From NCBI GenBank assembly GCA_034722055.1, contig JAYENL010000260.1:1-22694 (forward strand): a DNA stretch of 22,694 nt, given 5' to 3'. This DNA comes from Armatimonadota bacterium. GTDB taxonomy: Bacteria; Armatimonadota; Zipacnadia; Zipacnadales; UBA5352. Both the position numbers and the translations under genes were made by a program. The first letter of the stretch is position 1; every line of letters begins with the position of its first letter. This document shows positions 1 through 9,500 of this stretch, one piece after another. The notes under the pieces were generated by a model. The model did not search any database. It was not told the DNA's origin and saw only the letters and a program-made list of their open reading frames with translations.

Positions 1-4
1 CCTC

Positions 5-72
5 CTCGTGCGGCCCCTCCGTGTACCGGCTTCCGTGCGGACCTGCCGTCGTCGTTGGAGGGGCCGCACGAG
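5..72. repeat. 16-bp perfect inverted repeat (REP-like palindrome or possible terminator hairpin) downstream of the sulfatase
   Basis: CTCGTGCGGCCCCTCC (5-20) and its exact reverse complement GGAGGGGCCGCACGAG (57-72), 36-nt spacer, intergenic. No U-tract visible within the window. Confidence 0.7.
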
Positions 73-147
73 CCGCGGCTGCGAAGAAGACGCCCGAGGC
101 CGGCCCACCACGGTCGTTGCCTGTGTCCCGCGAGACGCCCAGTGCGC

Positions 148-1644
148 TCATGCCGGCGGCAGCGCCGCCTCCCATCCCGCCTCCAGCATCGCCGAAAGCT
201 CCTGCACCACACCGGCGCTCTCGGGCCGGCCGGCCAGGTTCACGTTCTCGCCCGGGTCCTCCTGATGGTCGTACAGCTCCTGCGCCACCACCTCATCCTC
301 GCCCTGCCACTGGGTGTAGCGGTAGCGGTCGGTGCGCATGGAGTAGCCCATGGCCCTGCCGCGCGGATACTGGCTGAAGGCCGCGGACTTCCACTCCCGC
401 TCCGGATCGTCCATCAGCGGCGCCAGACTCACGCCCTCCAGGTGATCCGGCATTTCCAGCCCGCACAGCTCACAGAGCGTGGGGTAGATGTCCACGAACT
501 CGCACAGCGCCTCTGTCGGCTGCCCCGCGGCCCGCTGACCCGGCGCGCTGATGACCAGCGGGGAGTGCGTGGAGGTCTCGAAGTTGGTGTGCTTGCACCA
601 CAGCCCGTGCTCCCCGAGCTGCCAGCCGTGGTCCCCCCACAGGCAGACCACCGTGCTCTCGCGCAGCCCCAGCCGCTCCAGCTCATCCAGCAGCATTCCT
701 ACCTGCGTGTCGATGAAGGTGGTGCAGGCGTAGTAGCCGTGGATCAGCTCCCGGGCCTTCTCCTCCGACAGGTCGCCCTCCCGCGGGATGTCCGAGTAGG
801 CCCGCAGCTCGCCCCAGTTGTGCAGGGCGATGTCGGGGCAGTCCTGCGGCCGGAAGGGGTTCTCCGCCAGGTCGATGCTCTCTGGCGGGTAGATGTCCCA
901 GTACCTCTTGGGGCAGGCGAAGGCCAGGTGCGGCCGCACGTAGCCCACCGCCAGGAAAAAAGGCTCGGGGGCTCTGGCCAGCCGCCGCATCTCCTCGAGG
1001 GCCCGCTCGGTGAGCATCCCATCACCGTAGGCGTTGTCCGGCAGGTCCAGGGCCTCGGTCGCCGGCCCCCGCCAGCGCCACCGCTCGCCCCTCTCCCGCG
1101 CCTCGCGCATGGTCTGCTGCTTTTTCTCTCGCAGCTCCTCTGAGGCGTGGCCGGGGAAGGCGTGTGGCGGAGCCCAGGGCTCGTCGCTCCAGCCCTCGGG
1201 GTCGTCGGCGACGCGATGGTGGTAGACCTTGCCCAGCGAGATCGCGCTATAGCCGTTGGCCCGGAAGTGCTGGGGCAGCGTCAGGACCTCCGGCCGCGTC
1301 TCGTGCAGCAGCGTCTGCAGGTCCCACACCCGCGTGGAGTCCGGCCGCAGGCCGCTGAGCAGACTCGCCCGCGAGGGGGCGCAGACGGCCTGCTGGCAGT
1401 GCGTGCGGAGGAAGGCCGTGCCCTCCGCGGCCAGGCGGTCGATGTTGGGCGAGATCATCTGTTCGTGGCCGAAGCACGCAAGCTGCGGCCGCAGATCATC
1501 GACCGGGATGAACAGCACATTCGGCGCCCCGTCCGGAGCCGGCTGCGCGCCGGCCTCCATGGTCTGTGCTCCCAGCAGCATTGCGCCCGCAGCCCCCTTC
1601 AGGCTGATCTCGATGAAGTCACGCCGGCTCATCGTCCACGACAT
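148..1644 (-). CDS. Tat-exported formylglycine-dependent (S1) sulfatase, iduronate-2-sulfatase-like
   Basis: Twin-arginine signal SRRDFI plus hydrophobic stretch; PNVLFIPVDDLR; active-site CAPSRASLLSG (CxPxR); GKVYH; GDHGWQLGEHG; RBS GGAGGTG 7 nt before the ATG at 1644. Confidence 0.93.
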   Translation of the reverse strand: MSWTMSRRDFIEISLKGAAGAMLLGAQTMEAGAQPAPDGAPNVLFIPVDDLRPQLACFGHEQMISPNIDRLAAEGTAFLRTHCQQAVCAPSRASLLSGLRPDSTRVWDLQTLLHETRPEVLTLPQHFRANGYSAISLGKVYHHRVADDPEGWSDEPWAPPHAFPGHASEELREKKQQTMREARERGERWRWRGPATEALDLPDNAYGDGMLTERALEEMRRLARAPEPFFLAVGYVRPHLAFACPKRYWDIYPPESIDLAENPFRPQDCPDIALHNWGELRAYSDIPREGDLSEEKARELIHGYYACTTFIDTQVGMLLDELERLGLRESTVVCLWGDHGWQLGEHGLWCKHTNFETSTHSPLVISAPGQRAAGQPTEALCEFVDIYPTLCELCGLEMPDHLEGVSLAPLMDDPEREWKSAAFSQYPRGRAMGYSMRTDRYRYTQWQGEDEVVAQELYDHQEDPGENVNLAGRPESAGVVQELSAMLEAGWEAALPPA

Positions 1645-1661
1645 CCCGCCGCACCTCCGTT

Positions 1662-4600
1662 TCAGCGTGGCACGGCCACCACCTGCACCCGGTGCGGGGA
1701 GGAGGTGGCGGCGATGACCTCCGCCACGCCGTCGCCGCTCACGTCCGCCAGCGCCACGGCCTCCAGCCGGCCGCCGGCCTCGAACATCGCCGCGATCTCC
1801 CCGGCAGGCGTGACCAGAAAGAGCCTCCCGTCCCTGCAGCCGGCGGCCAGCAGGGGGTCATCGCCGGGCCGCTCGACCAGTGCGGTGAAGGGGATGGCGC
1901 TCGACAGGGCCACGCCCCAGACCTTCTCGCCGGCCTCGTCGAAGGCGCACAGGTAGCCGCTGTCGGAGCCGACCGCCACCACTGCGCCCTCGGCGCGCGG
2001 CAGGATCGTCAGGGAGCGGATCGGCCGCGTCAGGTTGCGAACCCAGGCCTCGTCGGTGTAGTCCGCGTCCGGTGCATAGGCCCGTACGTCGCCGCGGTTG
2101 CTGCCCGTGATGACCGTGTTGACACCGTCGCCGTCCAGGTCGCCGACGGCGATCGCCGGCAGGGAGGTGCACCAGGAGCCGTTGTAGTATCGCGTGAGCC
2201 TCTCCCCGCTCTCGTCCAGCACCCAGCAGGTACCATTCGAGGAGGTCAGGCCGTTGCCGGCCAGGACCAGGTTCCGGCCGTCGCCGAAGACGTCGGCCGT
2301 GTCTATGGTGGTGCAGATGCCGTGATCGGTGCGGAAGCGCCACAGGTTCTCGCCGTCAGCGTTCAGGCACTGCAGCCGCATGTTGCCCGCCCCCACGAGC
2401 AGCTCCGGCCGGCCGTCGCCGGTGATGTCGGCCGGGTGGATGGCGCGGACCTTGGAGCTGCCCAGCGTCCACCACATCCACGGCTGCTGATCGCGCAGGA
2501 AGGGCACCCGGTGGCGCCACAGCTCCTGCATCCTCGCGTCGAGGGCGTAGACGTGCTCGTCGTCGGAGCCCACCAGCAGCTCCTCGGCGCCGTCGCCGTC
2601 GAGGTCCGCCGCCGCCAGAGCGTGGACCGGCCCGCCGGTCTGCATCTCCGCCGATGGCGCGCCGCCGGCGTCGAGCTGCACGACCGTGCCGCCCTCCAGG
2701 CCGGCCGCTATGCGCATGCCCTCGTCGCCGCGGGCGGCCTGCACCGACAGCGGCCGGTCCGGGAGATCGCTTCGCCACAGGAGGCCCGCCCCCGGCACAT
2801 CCGCCCACCGCTCGCCGCGGGCCTCGGCCGGGCCTTCCGCCTCCTCCCACGCGCTCTGCAGGGCGTGCGCAAGTGAGTCACCGGCCGACTCACCCGCGGC
2901 AAGGGCCTGGCCCTCGAGCGACGCCTCGGCCTGGTGCAGAACCACCCGCGAGGGGCTGAGGAGGAAAAGCCTGCCGGATGCGGTCACCGGCCCGACTTGC
3001 ACGGTAGCGCCATCGGCGGATGCGCCCACCAGGGAGAACTCGCCGGCGTGGTGGACGAGTGCGCAGTGCTCGCTGAGCCGGCGCACCTGCAGCGTGGGGT
3101 CATCGCCGCGCCAGGCGCAGAATGCGTTGAAAAAGCAGGCCGCCTCACCCTCGGCCAGATCGCGGCTCATGGACTGCTCGAGGATGTTGAGGGCCTGGTC
3201 GCGGTAAGGGCTGAAGGGGAGATACTTGCCGAGGGTCTCGGTATCGCGGTCGAGGGTCACCGGGACGTCCTCTGGGAAGACGATGCGGAAGCGGTTGCGG
3301 GCGGCCTGCGCCGCCGCCTCCCGGTCGCCGGGCTGCAGCAGCGACAGCGAGCAGATCGCCAGGTAGCAGTCGTCCGAGGCCTCGTTGCGGCCCACCACCT
3401 CGAAGCGGATGGTGTGCTCGCCGGCGGCAAGCTGCATCTCGCCGAGGTCGTGGTCAGTGCGGCGCGGCCGGCCGGCATGGTAGATGTCGATGGGGCCGTC
3501 CGCCTGCACGCCGTCGATGGAGGCCTGGATGATCCCCCGGCCGGTGTAGTCCAGCGTCTGCAGCACCAGCTCGTAGCGCCCGGCCTCAGGGACCTGGAAG
3601 GTCGCCTCGACGAAGTCGCCCGGCTCCTCGCTGCGATACAGCAGCGCGTTGTAGCTGGGCATGGCCCGGGCGACCTTCCCGGAGCTGTCGGCCACCGCGC
3701 CGGCCAGCTCCACGCCGTCGATGTAGACGCCGCCCTGCCGCGCGTCGTCCTGCTCCGCCTCGAACACCCCCGGCTGCAGCGCTGGACTGCCGAGGCTCCG
3801 CCAGCCCAGCACGAAGGAGTAATCGCCCGGCTCGCGCGCGCTCATCTCATCGAGAATGAAGGTGTAGCGGCCCGGCATCCAGAGCGTGTGGCGAGTCCAG
3901 TCCACGCCGTTGTAGTGCGGCAGGCGCGTGGCCGTGTACGCCCAGCCCTCGCCCTCGGCGCTGTCGGCCAGCTCCGCCGCCTGGGGCACCTGCGTCTGCC
4001 CGAGGCCGCCCCGGGCCACGGTCACCGCGTTGTGGAAGGCCATGGTGGGCCCGTTGAAGATGTCGATCTCGCACAGCCAGCGGCGCTCGTTGGCGGAGAA
4101 CTCGCCGATGGAGTTCGCGTCCTCGTACGAGTGGGAGCCGCCGCCGGTACCGTCGATCATCAGGTACTCGTCGCTGTCCTCGAAGCCCGAGCGGAAGGTG
4201 AGCTTGTCGAAGGCGTCTTCCAGCTCGACACCCTCCGCGCTCCGCAGGGCGGTGGTAAAGTAGAGCTCGTCAGCCGGCACCCAGCTCAGCCCCAGGTGAT
4301 CCTCAGGCAGTTGCGGCTTCACGCCGGCGTTGAAGCCCCGCAGAAACTCGTCGGTGCTGGTGCCCAGCGGAACGCGCTTGTCGATCATGAAGCTGTAGCG
4401 CCCATCGCCGAGGGCATACGCCAGCTTCGAGAACACGCTGGTGGCGTAGTCCCCGGAGCCGGTGTCGCCCAGCAGCACCGTCCGGCCCATGTTGTTGGAG
4501 ATGGCGATGCAGCGCTCGCCCATGCGATGCGCGAGGCTCGAGGCGAACCAGTCCGCCGACCACTGTGGCTCCTGCAGCGCGATGTCCAGCGTGTTGTCCA

Positions 4601-6143
4601 TGCTCCCGCCCAGGGCGTGCTGAGACAGCGAGTCCTCGTACGATCGGGAGCTGCTCAGCGGCCACTGCCAGAACTGCGCCAGGGCGTGCCGCCAGGCGGT
4701 CAGCTCGCCGCCCAGCTCCTCGCGGTAGTACTTGCTGAAGTGGCGCCAGCCGTAGTAGAACGCGCGCGCTCCTCGGGTGGCGTGGTTCTCCTTCGTTGTC
4801 CTCCCGCCTCGCGCCGCGACATACTGGTAGCCCTGATCCGAGCGCAGGATGGTCAGCAGCGAGCGCGCGATCTCCAGCCGCTCCTCGTCGCTGAAGACCC
4901 CGCAGCCTTCCATCAGGTCCCAGGACATGGTGCGCGTGACGTAGAACAGATGCAGCGCGTTATCCCGATTGGCCAGCCGTTGCTTGAGGGCTCGCGCATC
5001 CTCCAGCATCACGCGCCGGTACTCCTGCGCATGCTCCAGGTCGCCGGTCTTCAGATACGCCGCCGCCGGTTCCATCTGCCGCCGTGCGCCCCCGATAGGC
5101 CAGGGGAGGTGCTTCAGGTCGATGTAGCCCTCGCCGGTCTCGACGGTGAGCGGCACATCGATGACATCCTTGGCCGCTTCGATGGCGCCAACCAGCCGCT
5201 CTGCTCCCGCCTCCAACCCCGCCCGGTCAGAGGCACCGACCACCAGGATGTTCCCGCCGGTGCCCAGGGGATCGACGAGCGGGCGGAGGACGTAGCCTCC
5301 GCCGCCGGGGTAGTAGAGGTCCTCGTAGGTATAGGAGCGGCGGTAGAGGTACTCCACGGCGTCGCTTGTCGCGAGGTTGCCGAGGACGATCAGGTCCCGG
5401 GTCTCGGATGCCGGGTCGATGGCCGAGTGTGCCACCACCGGCGCCTCGCAGCCCTTCTGGCGTAGAGCGGCGCGGATTCTGGTGGCGGCCTGGGTGCCTC
5501 CCTGGCAGGCCACGACCGCGCACCGGCCATCCTGCAAGCGTATGCCCCGCCGCAGCGGCCTGGGCCGCTCCAGCGGTGCCGGCCTGTAGGCCGTGACCTC
5601 GACGTCGTCGAACCACGCGGTGCCCACGGCCCCGTAGAGGCGCAGATTCACCCGGAGGCCCTTTACCTCGGGCGTGATGTCGCTGGCGGCCACGTGCTCG
5701 CTCCAGTCGGCGGTGACAACGGTCGCGCCGGCGACCGCGACGGCGCCCCCGATCCTGATGCCCCCGCTCTGGCCGATGCGCTCCCCGTTCTCATCGGTGT
5801 GATAGAAGCCCACGAAGGCCCCGTGCCCGCGGCTGACCTCCTCCAGCTTCGCCCACACGCGGAGCAGGAACTGCTGGTCGGGCGATTGCACCGGGATCAT
5901 CTCCGAGGTCCAGGAGATGGTCGGCCCGGCCTCCTGCCAGGTGATCTTCAGGCTCCGATCCCCCGAGTGCGCCTCATCCTCGGCCCAGATCAGCGCCTCG
6001 GCCGGTCCCTGCGCCAGCCAGCCCGCCGGTCCGCCATCCTCCGCCGCCTCCTCGAAGCTCGGGTTGGGCGCCAGATTCTCCGCCGCCCGCACCGGGGCTG
6101 CTGTCGCCGTCACCACGACGACCAACATCGCTGAAAGCCGCAT
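1662..6143 (-). CDS. Large secreted multidomain protein: CBM4/9-like domain, helical + heparinase II/III-like lyase region, inserted CBM-like domain, C-terminal FG-GAP/PQQ-like beta-propeller (putative polysaccharide lyase)
   Basis: Start moved to ATG 6143 (AAGGAG RBS; signal peptide MRLSAMLVVVVTATAAPVRA). NLAPNPSFEE...GTAWFDDV (CBM-like); ENHATR; GGSHSYEDANSI and FHNAVTV (heparinase II/III-like); five DxxGDG repeats at the C-terminus. The ORF is secure, the function is inferred. Confidence 0.7.
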   Translation of the reverse strand: MRLSAMLVVVVTATAAPVRAAENLAPNPSFEEAAEDGGPAGWLAQGPAEALIWAEDEAHSGDRSLKITWQEAGPTISWTSEMIPVQSPDQQFLLRVWAKLEEVSRGHGAFVGFYHTDENGERIGQSGGIRIGGAVAVAGATVVTADWSEHVAASDITPEVKGLRVNLRLYGAVGTAWFDDVEVTAYRPAPLERPRPLRRGIRLQDGRCAVVACQGGTQAATRIRAALRQKGCEAPVVAHSAIDPASETRDLIVLGNLATSDAVEYLYRRSYTYEDLYYPGGGGYVLRPLVDPLGTGGNILVVGASDRAGLEAGAERLVGAIEAAKDVIDVPLTVETGEGYIDLKHLPWPIGGARRQMEPAAAYLKTGDLEHAQEYRRVMLEDARALKQRLANRDNALHLFYVTRTMSWDLMEGCGVFSDEERLEIARSLLTILRSDQGYQYVAARGGRTTKENHATRGARAFYYGWRHFSKYYREELGGELTAWRHALAQFWQWPLSSSRSYEDSLSQHALGGSMDNTLDIALQEPQWSADWFASSLAHRMGERCIAISNNMGRTVLLGDTGSGDYATSVFSKLAYALGDGRYSFMIDKRVPLGTSTDEFLRGFNAGVKPQLPEDHLGLSWVPADELYFTTALRSAEGVELEDAFDKLTFRSGFEDSDEYLMIDGTGGGSHSYEDANSIGEFSANERRWLCEIDIFNGPTMAFHNAVTVARGGLGQTQVPQAAELADSAEGEGWAYTATRLPHYNGVDWTRHTLWMPGRYTFILDEMSAREPGDYSFVLGWRSLGSPALQPGVFEAEQDDARQGGVYIDGVELAGAVADSSGKVARAMPSYNALLYRSEEPGDFVEATFQVPEAGRYELVLQTLDYTGRGIIQASIDGVQADGPIDIYHAGRPRRTDHDLGEMQLAAGEHTIRFEVVGRNEASDDCYLAICSLSLLQPGDREAAAQAARNRFRIVFPEDVPVTLDRDTETLGKYLPFSPYRDQALNILEQSMSRDLAEGEAACFFNAFCAWRGDDPTLQVRRLSEHCALVHHAGEFSLVGASADGATVQVGPVTASGRLFLLSPSRVVLHQAEASLEGQALAAGESAGDSLAHALQSAWEEAEGPAEARGERWADVPGAGLLWRSDLPDRPLSVQAARGDEGMRIAAGLEGGTVVQLDAGGAPSAEMQTGGPVHALAAADLDGDGAEELLVGSDDEHVYALDARMQELWRHRVPFLRDQQPWMWWTLGSSKVRAIHPADITGDGRPELLVGAGNMRLQCLNADGENLWRFRTDHGICTTIDTADVFGDGRNLVLAGNGLTSSNGTCWVLDESGERLTRYYNGSWCTSLPAIAVGDLDGDGVNTVITGSNRGDVRAYAPDADYTDEAWVRNLTRPIRSLTILPRAEGAVVAVGSDSGYLCAFDEAGEKVWGVALSSAIPFTALVERPGDDPLLAAGCRDGRLFLVTPAGEIAAMFEAGGRLEAVALADVSGDGVAEVIAATSSPHRVQVVAVPR

Positions 6144-6210
6144 CGTCAACGCTCCTTCTGAGGCTGCACGCAGTTTACGCGGCCCGTTCCCGGCCACCAG
6201 GCGGCGCTGC

Positions 6211-6567
6211 TCAGCAGGTCAGGTGCAGCGCCGCCACGGTGCGCCGGCCCGGCGCCAGCTCGTTGTACCGCTCGACGGCCTCATCCGTCTGCGCCGCCAC
6301 CACGTCGATGTCGCGCTGAGCCAGCGCCTCCTCGACGCCGTCGGCGAGCCGCATGCGCCCATAGGCGCCGGTGCCCACCACCAGCACGTCCGGGTTGGCC
6401 TGCAGCACTCCGTCGAGGTCCACCATCTGCAGCAGGTGGCCCTGGTCGCGCCACCAGCTATCATCCACGCGCTCGGGGTAGATGATGACGTCATTGCTAT
6501 AGCGCGTCCCGTCGATCACGATGCGCCCGAAGCCGTAGTCCTCAATGCGCGGCGGCTCTGTCGCCAT
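6211..6567 (-). CDS. Mth938-like (DUF498/DUF598) domain protein
   Basis: IEDYGFGRIVIDG..Y.NDVII, PDVLVVGTGAYG, TDEAVERYN, AALHLTC terminus, all typical of the family. Start moved to ATG 6567, preceded by GAGGAGGAG just after the upstream gene's stop. Confidence 0.9.
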   Translation of the reverse strand: MATEPPRIEDYGFGRIVIDGTRYSNDVIIYPERVDDSWWRDQGHLLQMVDLDGVLQANPDVLVVGTGAYGRMRLADGVEEALAQRDIDVVAAQTDEAVERYNELAPGRRTVAALHLTC

Positions 6568-6580
6568 CTCTCGCTCCTCC

Positions 6581-9500
6581 TCACTCCACTTTCCGCAGCT
6601 CAAGGGTGCGGAACCAGGCCCGCCTCTGAGACTTGGTGTTGTAGAGGTACACCGCCGCCGTCCGGAACTCGGCGCCGGTGGTGAACGTGGTCTCGAAGCG
6701 CTCCCAGGTGTCGGTGGTGGCCTCCTCGTTGGTGCCGATCTTGTGTACTCGCAGCCCGCGCTCGCCGACGTGTTCCACCACCGCGGCGGAGACGTTCCCC
6801 TCCCCCTCGCTGCGCTTTATCTCCGCGGCGAAAAAGTACTCCGTCTCCGGCTGCAGCGGCACCCGCTGGCGGAAGAAGATGACCTCCTCCGGCATACCGC
6901 CAATCCACGCGGATCCCTCCTCGACGCCGCGCGGGAAGCTGTGGGTGGTGCCGCTGGCGATCCAGTAGTCTGGCGTGTCATCGCCATCGTCGTTGAGGCT
7001 CATGCCGGGGTTGAGCAGCAGCGGGCGCAGCTCGGCGATGCTCTGGCGCTCGCCGCCCGGCCAGCTCACGCGCAGCATCACCAGCGTGGGCCTCTGCAGG
7101 TCCGCCACGCCCTCCACGTCCATCTCGGCCCGCGCGACGCCGCTTGCAGGGATGGTCAGCGCCAACGGCTCCTCCGCGACGCGCAGCGGCGGCCGGGCCT
7201 GCATCGCAACCCTGGCCATCACCGGCTCCTCCGTGAGGTTTACTCCCCGCAGGTCGAGGCTCGTGCTCTCCCCGCCCTCACCCTCGGAGGCCTGCCACAC
7301 GTCCACGGCGTGATGAGGGGCGACCTCATACAGCGCCACCGCGGCCGAGATGGTGCTCGCGGGCACCTCGATCTGCAGCGCGCCATCGGTCACCCGCGGC
7401 TCTTCCACCCGCGCCTCTCCCTCCCGGTCGTAGATCGCCACCCGCTGGGGCCGAGGCCAGCCCTCCGGCAGCTCCAGCGAGCACCGGGCGCCCTCCACGC
7501 GCTGTTCGTTATCGAACGTGAGGACCAGCGCGCGCTCCCCATCCTCCGCCAGGCGGTTCCAGCGCGCCAGCACCTGGTCGTCGGAGACCTGCAGGCCGAT
7601 GGTGTCCATGAACCGGGCGGGGTACAGCCACCGCCTGATGCGCCGGCGCAGCCGCAGCGCGGACTCCAGGCCCGCCCTGCGGATGCGGCTGTCGAAGCGA
7701 TCGCCGTTGAGGAACGCGCGGCTGATGCGCTGATGCAGGGACAGGTGCGAGGCGTTGGAGAGCCCGCTGATGAGGATGTGCTCGGGGAAGGTGTAGTGGT
7801 AGACCTCCGGGTGCGTGCACAGGCCCGATATCAGGTGCAGGCTGGCGTACTGTCCCAGTGCGTCGCCGCAGCCCTCGATGGCGATGATGAATTCAGGCCT
7901 CACCTCGCGTGCGGCCGCAAGGGACGTGCGCAGCATTTGCACGTTCCCTGAGCCCCAGTCGCCGATGTCGTCATGGCCGTGGTCGAGGTTGTAGCAGGGC
8001 TTGGCGCCCGTGGCGCCGGTCTGGTCGATGTAGACGCCGTCGATGCCGAAACGGTGCGCGTACATGTCGGCGACCCAGAACCGCAGATGCTCCTGGAAGC
8101 CCGTGGAGGCCGGGCACATGATGTACCAGCCCAGCGTGGACGCGTAGTAGCCCTGGGCCTCGCCGTCGATCTGGTACAGTCGCCAGCGGTTGAACCAGTC
8201 GATGGGGTGGATCAGCGACAGCGCCTCCCGGGGCAGCTCCGACTTGGGGGTGCGGCGCAGGGCGTCGTTGATGGCCGAGTCGGGCGTCCAGGTCTGGCAG
8301 TTCATGTAGGCCGTCACTCGCCCGCCCTGTTCGTGCACGGCGGCGATGCCCTCCCGGAATCCCTCAGCGCCGCCCAGCGCCGGCGCCGGCCAGTAGAAGT
8401 TCCCGCAGCACTGGTCGATGCCGTCCGCCATCTGGCCCCAGTACTGCAGGTAGGAGATGCCCTGGTGGCGCGCCTGCGCCAGCTTGCCGGTCATGTGATC
8501 GAAGGGCACCGCCATGGCGCCCACCCAGCCGTCCGTCCATTGCACCCACTCGGGATTGTCGGGCGGCTCCATCCACGACAGCGCCCACTCCCGGTAGGCG
8601 TCGGCGGCCCAGTGCCAGTCGCCGGGGTGCACGCCGACCTGGTAGCGGCGCGTCTTCGCCTCGCCGGGGCCGATCAAGGTGTGCGTGCGCATCGACAGGT
8701 CGGCCCCGCGGTTGCCGGCCGCCGGCGCGGACTCGATCTCGGTGGTGGTCAGCTCCCGGTCGAGCATCGCCAGGTAGAGGCCGGCCTCCGCGTCGCACAG
8801 GTCCATCCAGCTCATGGAGGCGCTGCCCAGGTACCACGCCGTCCACGTCTTCGAACTCGCCGGCTGCTCGATGCGCCACCCGCCGGTCTTGGGGATCACC
8901 ACCTCGTCGTCGCGGAAGTCGGCAATAGCCGCGTTGCGCAGCAGCGGGAAGTCCACCCGGATGACCTCGAGATCGCTCCGGTTCGCGACCGTGATCGTCC
9001 AGTCGCTCAGCGGAGTGCCATCGGCGCTCATCTCAACGCGGCTGCGGATGCTCCCGTCCGCCGCGGAGAACTCCACTGCGAGCCCGTCCGGGCGCTCGGC
9101 CAGGCCCTCGAACTGCAGCTCATCGGGCGGGATGAGGGTCATCTCCGATCCGCCCGGCTCTCGCACCGCCAGCCCCACGAAGCTCTCCTGGAGGTGCAGC
9201 GGTGTGGCAGCCGTTCCCGTCGCGCGGTTGAGGATGCCCGCCAGCCGCCCGGTATCGCGCGCCACGGCGATCCGGTAGTGGTCCGTCTCGAGCACCGCCT
9301 CCGCGTCCGGTGCGAGCTGCAATCCCAGCGTCGCTGCCCGCACCACCGGCGAGCCGCCATCCTCGGCGGCGGTGAGCGTGAATCGCACCAGCAGCGCATC
9401 GGTGCCATCGCCGCGCGTCGGAAGGTCCGAGATTCGGTCCGCCGCGACCCATCTGTCTCCACCATCGGCGGATACCTCCGCCGATACGGCCCCTTCGTTC

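Noticed and set aside
1700..2620. Recurring GCCGTCGCCG-type sequences suggesting a DNA repeat array or CRISPR
   Set aside because: They encode the DxxGDG FG-GAP protein repeats; spacing is irregular and there are no identical repeats or cas genes.
6144..6197. ORF-track upstream start for the 1511-aa protein (similarly 6603 for the Mth938-like gene)
   Set aside because: Better RBS-supported ATGs at 6143 and 6567 give a proper signal peptide and a family-typical N-terminus.
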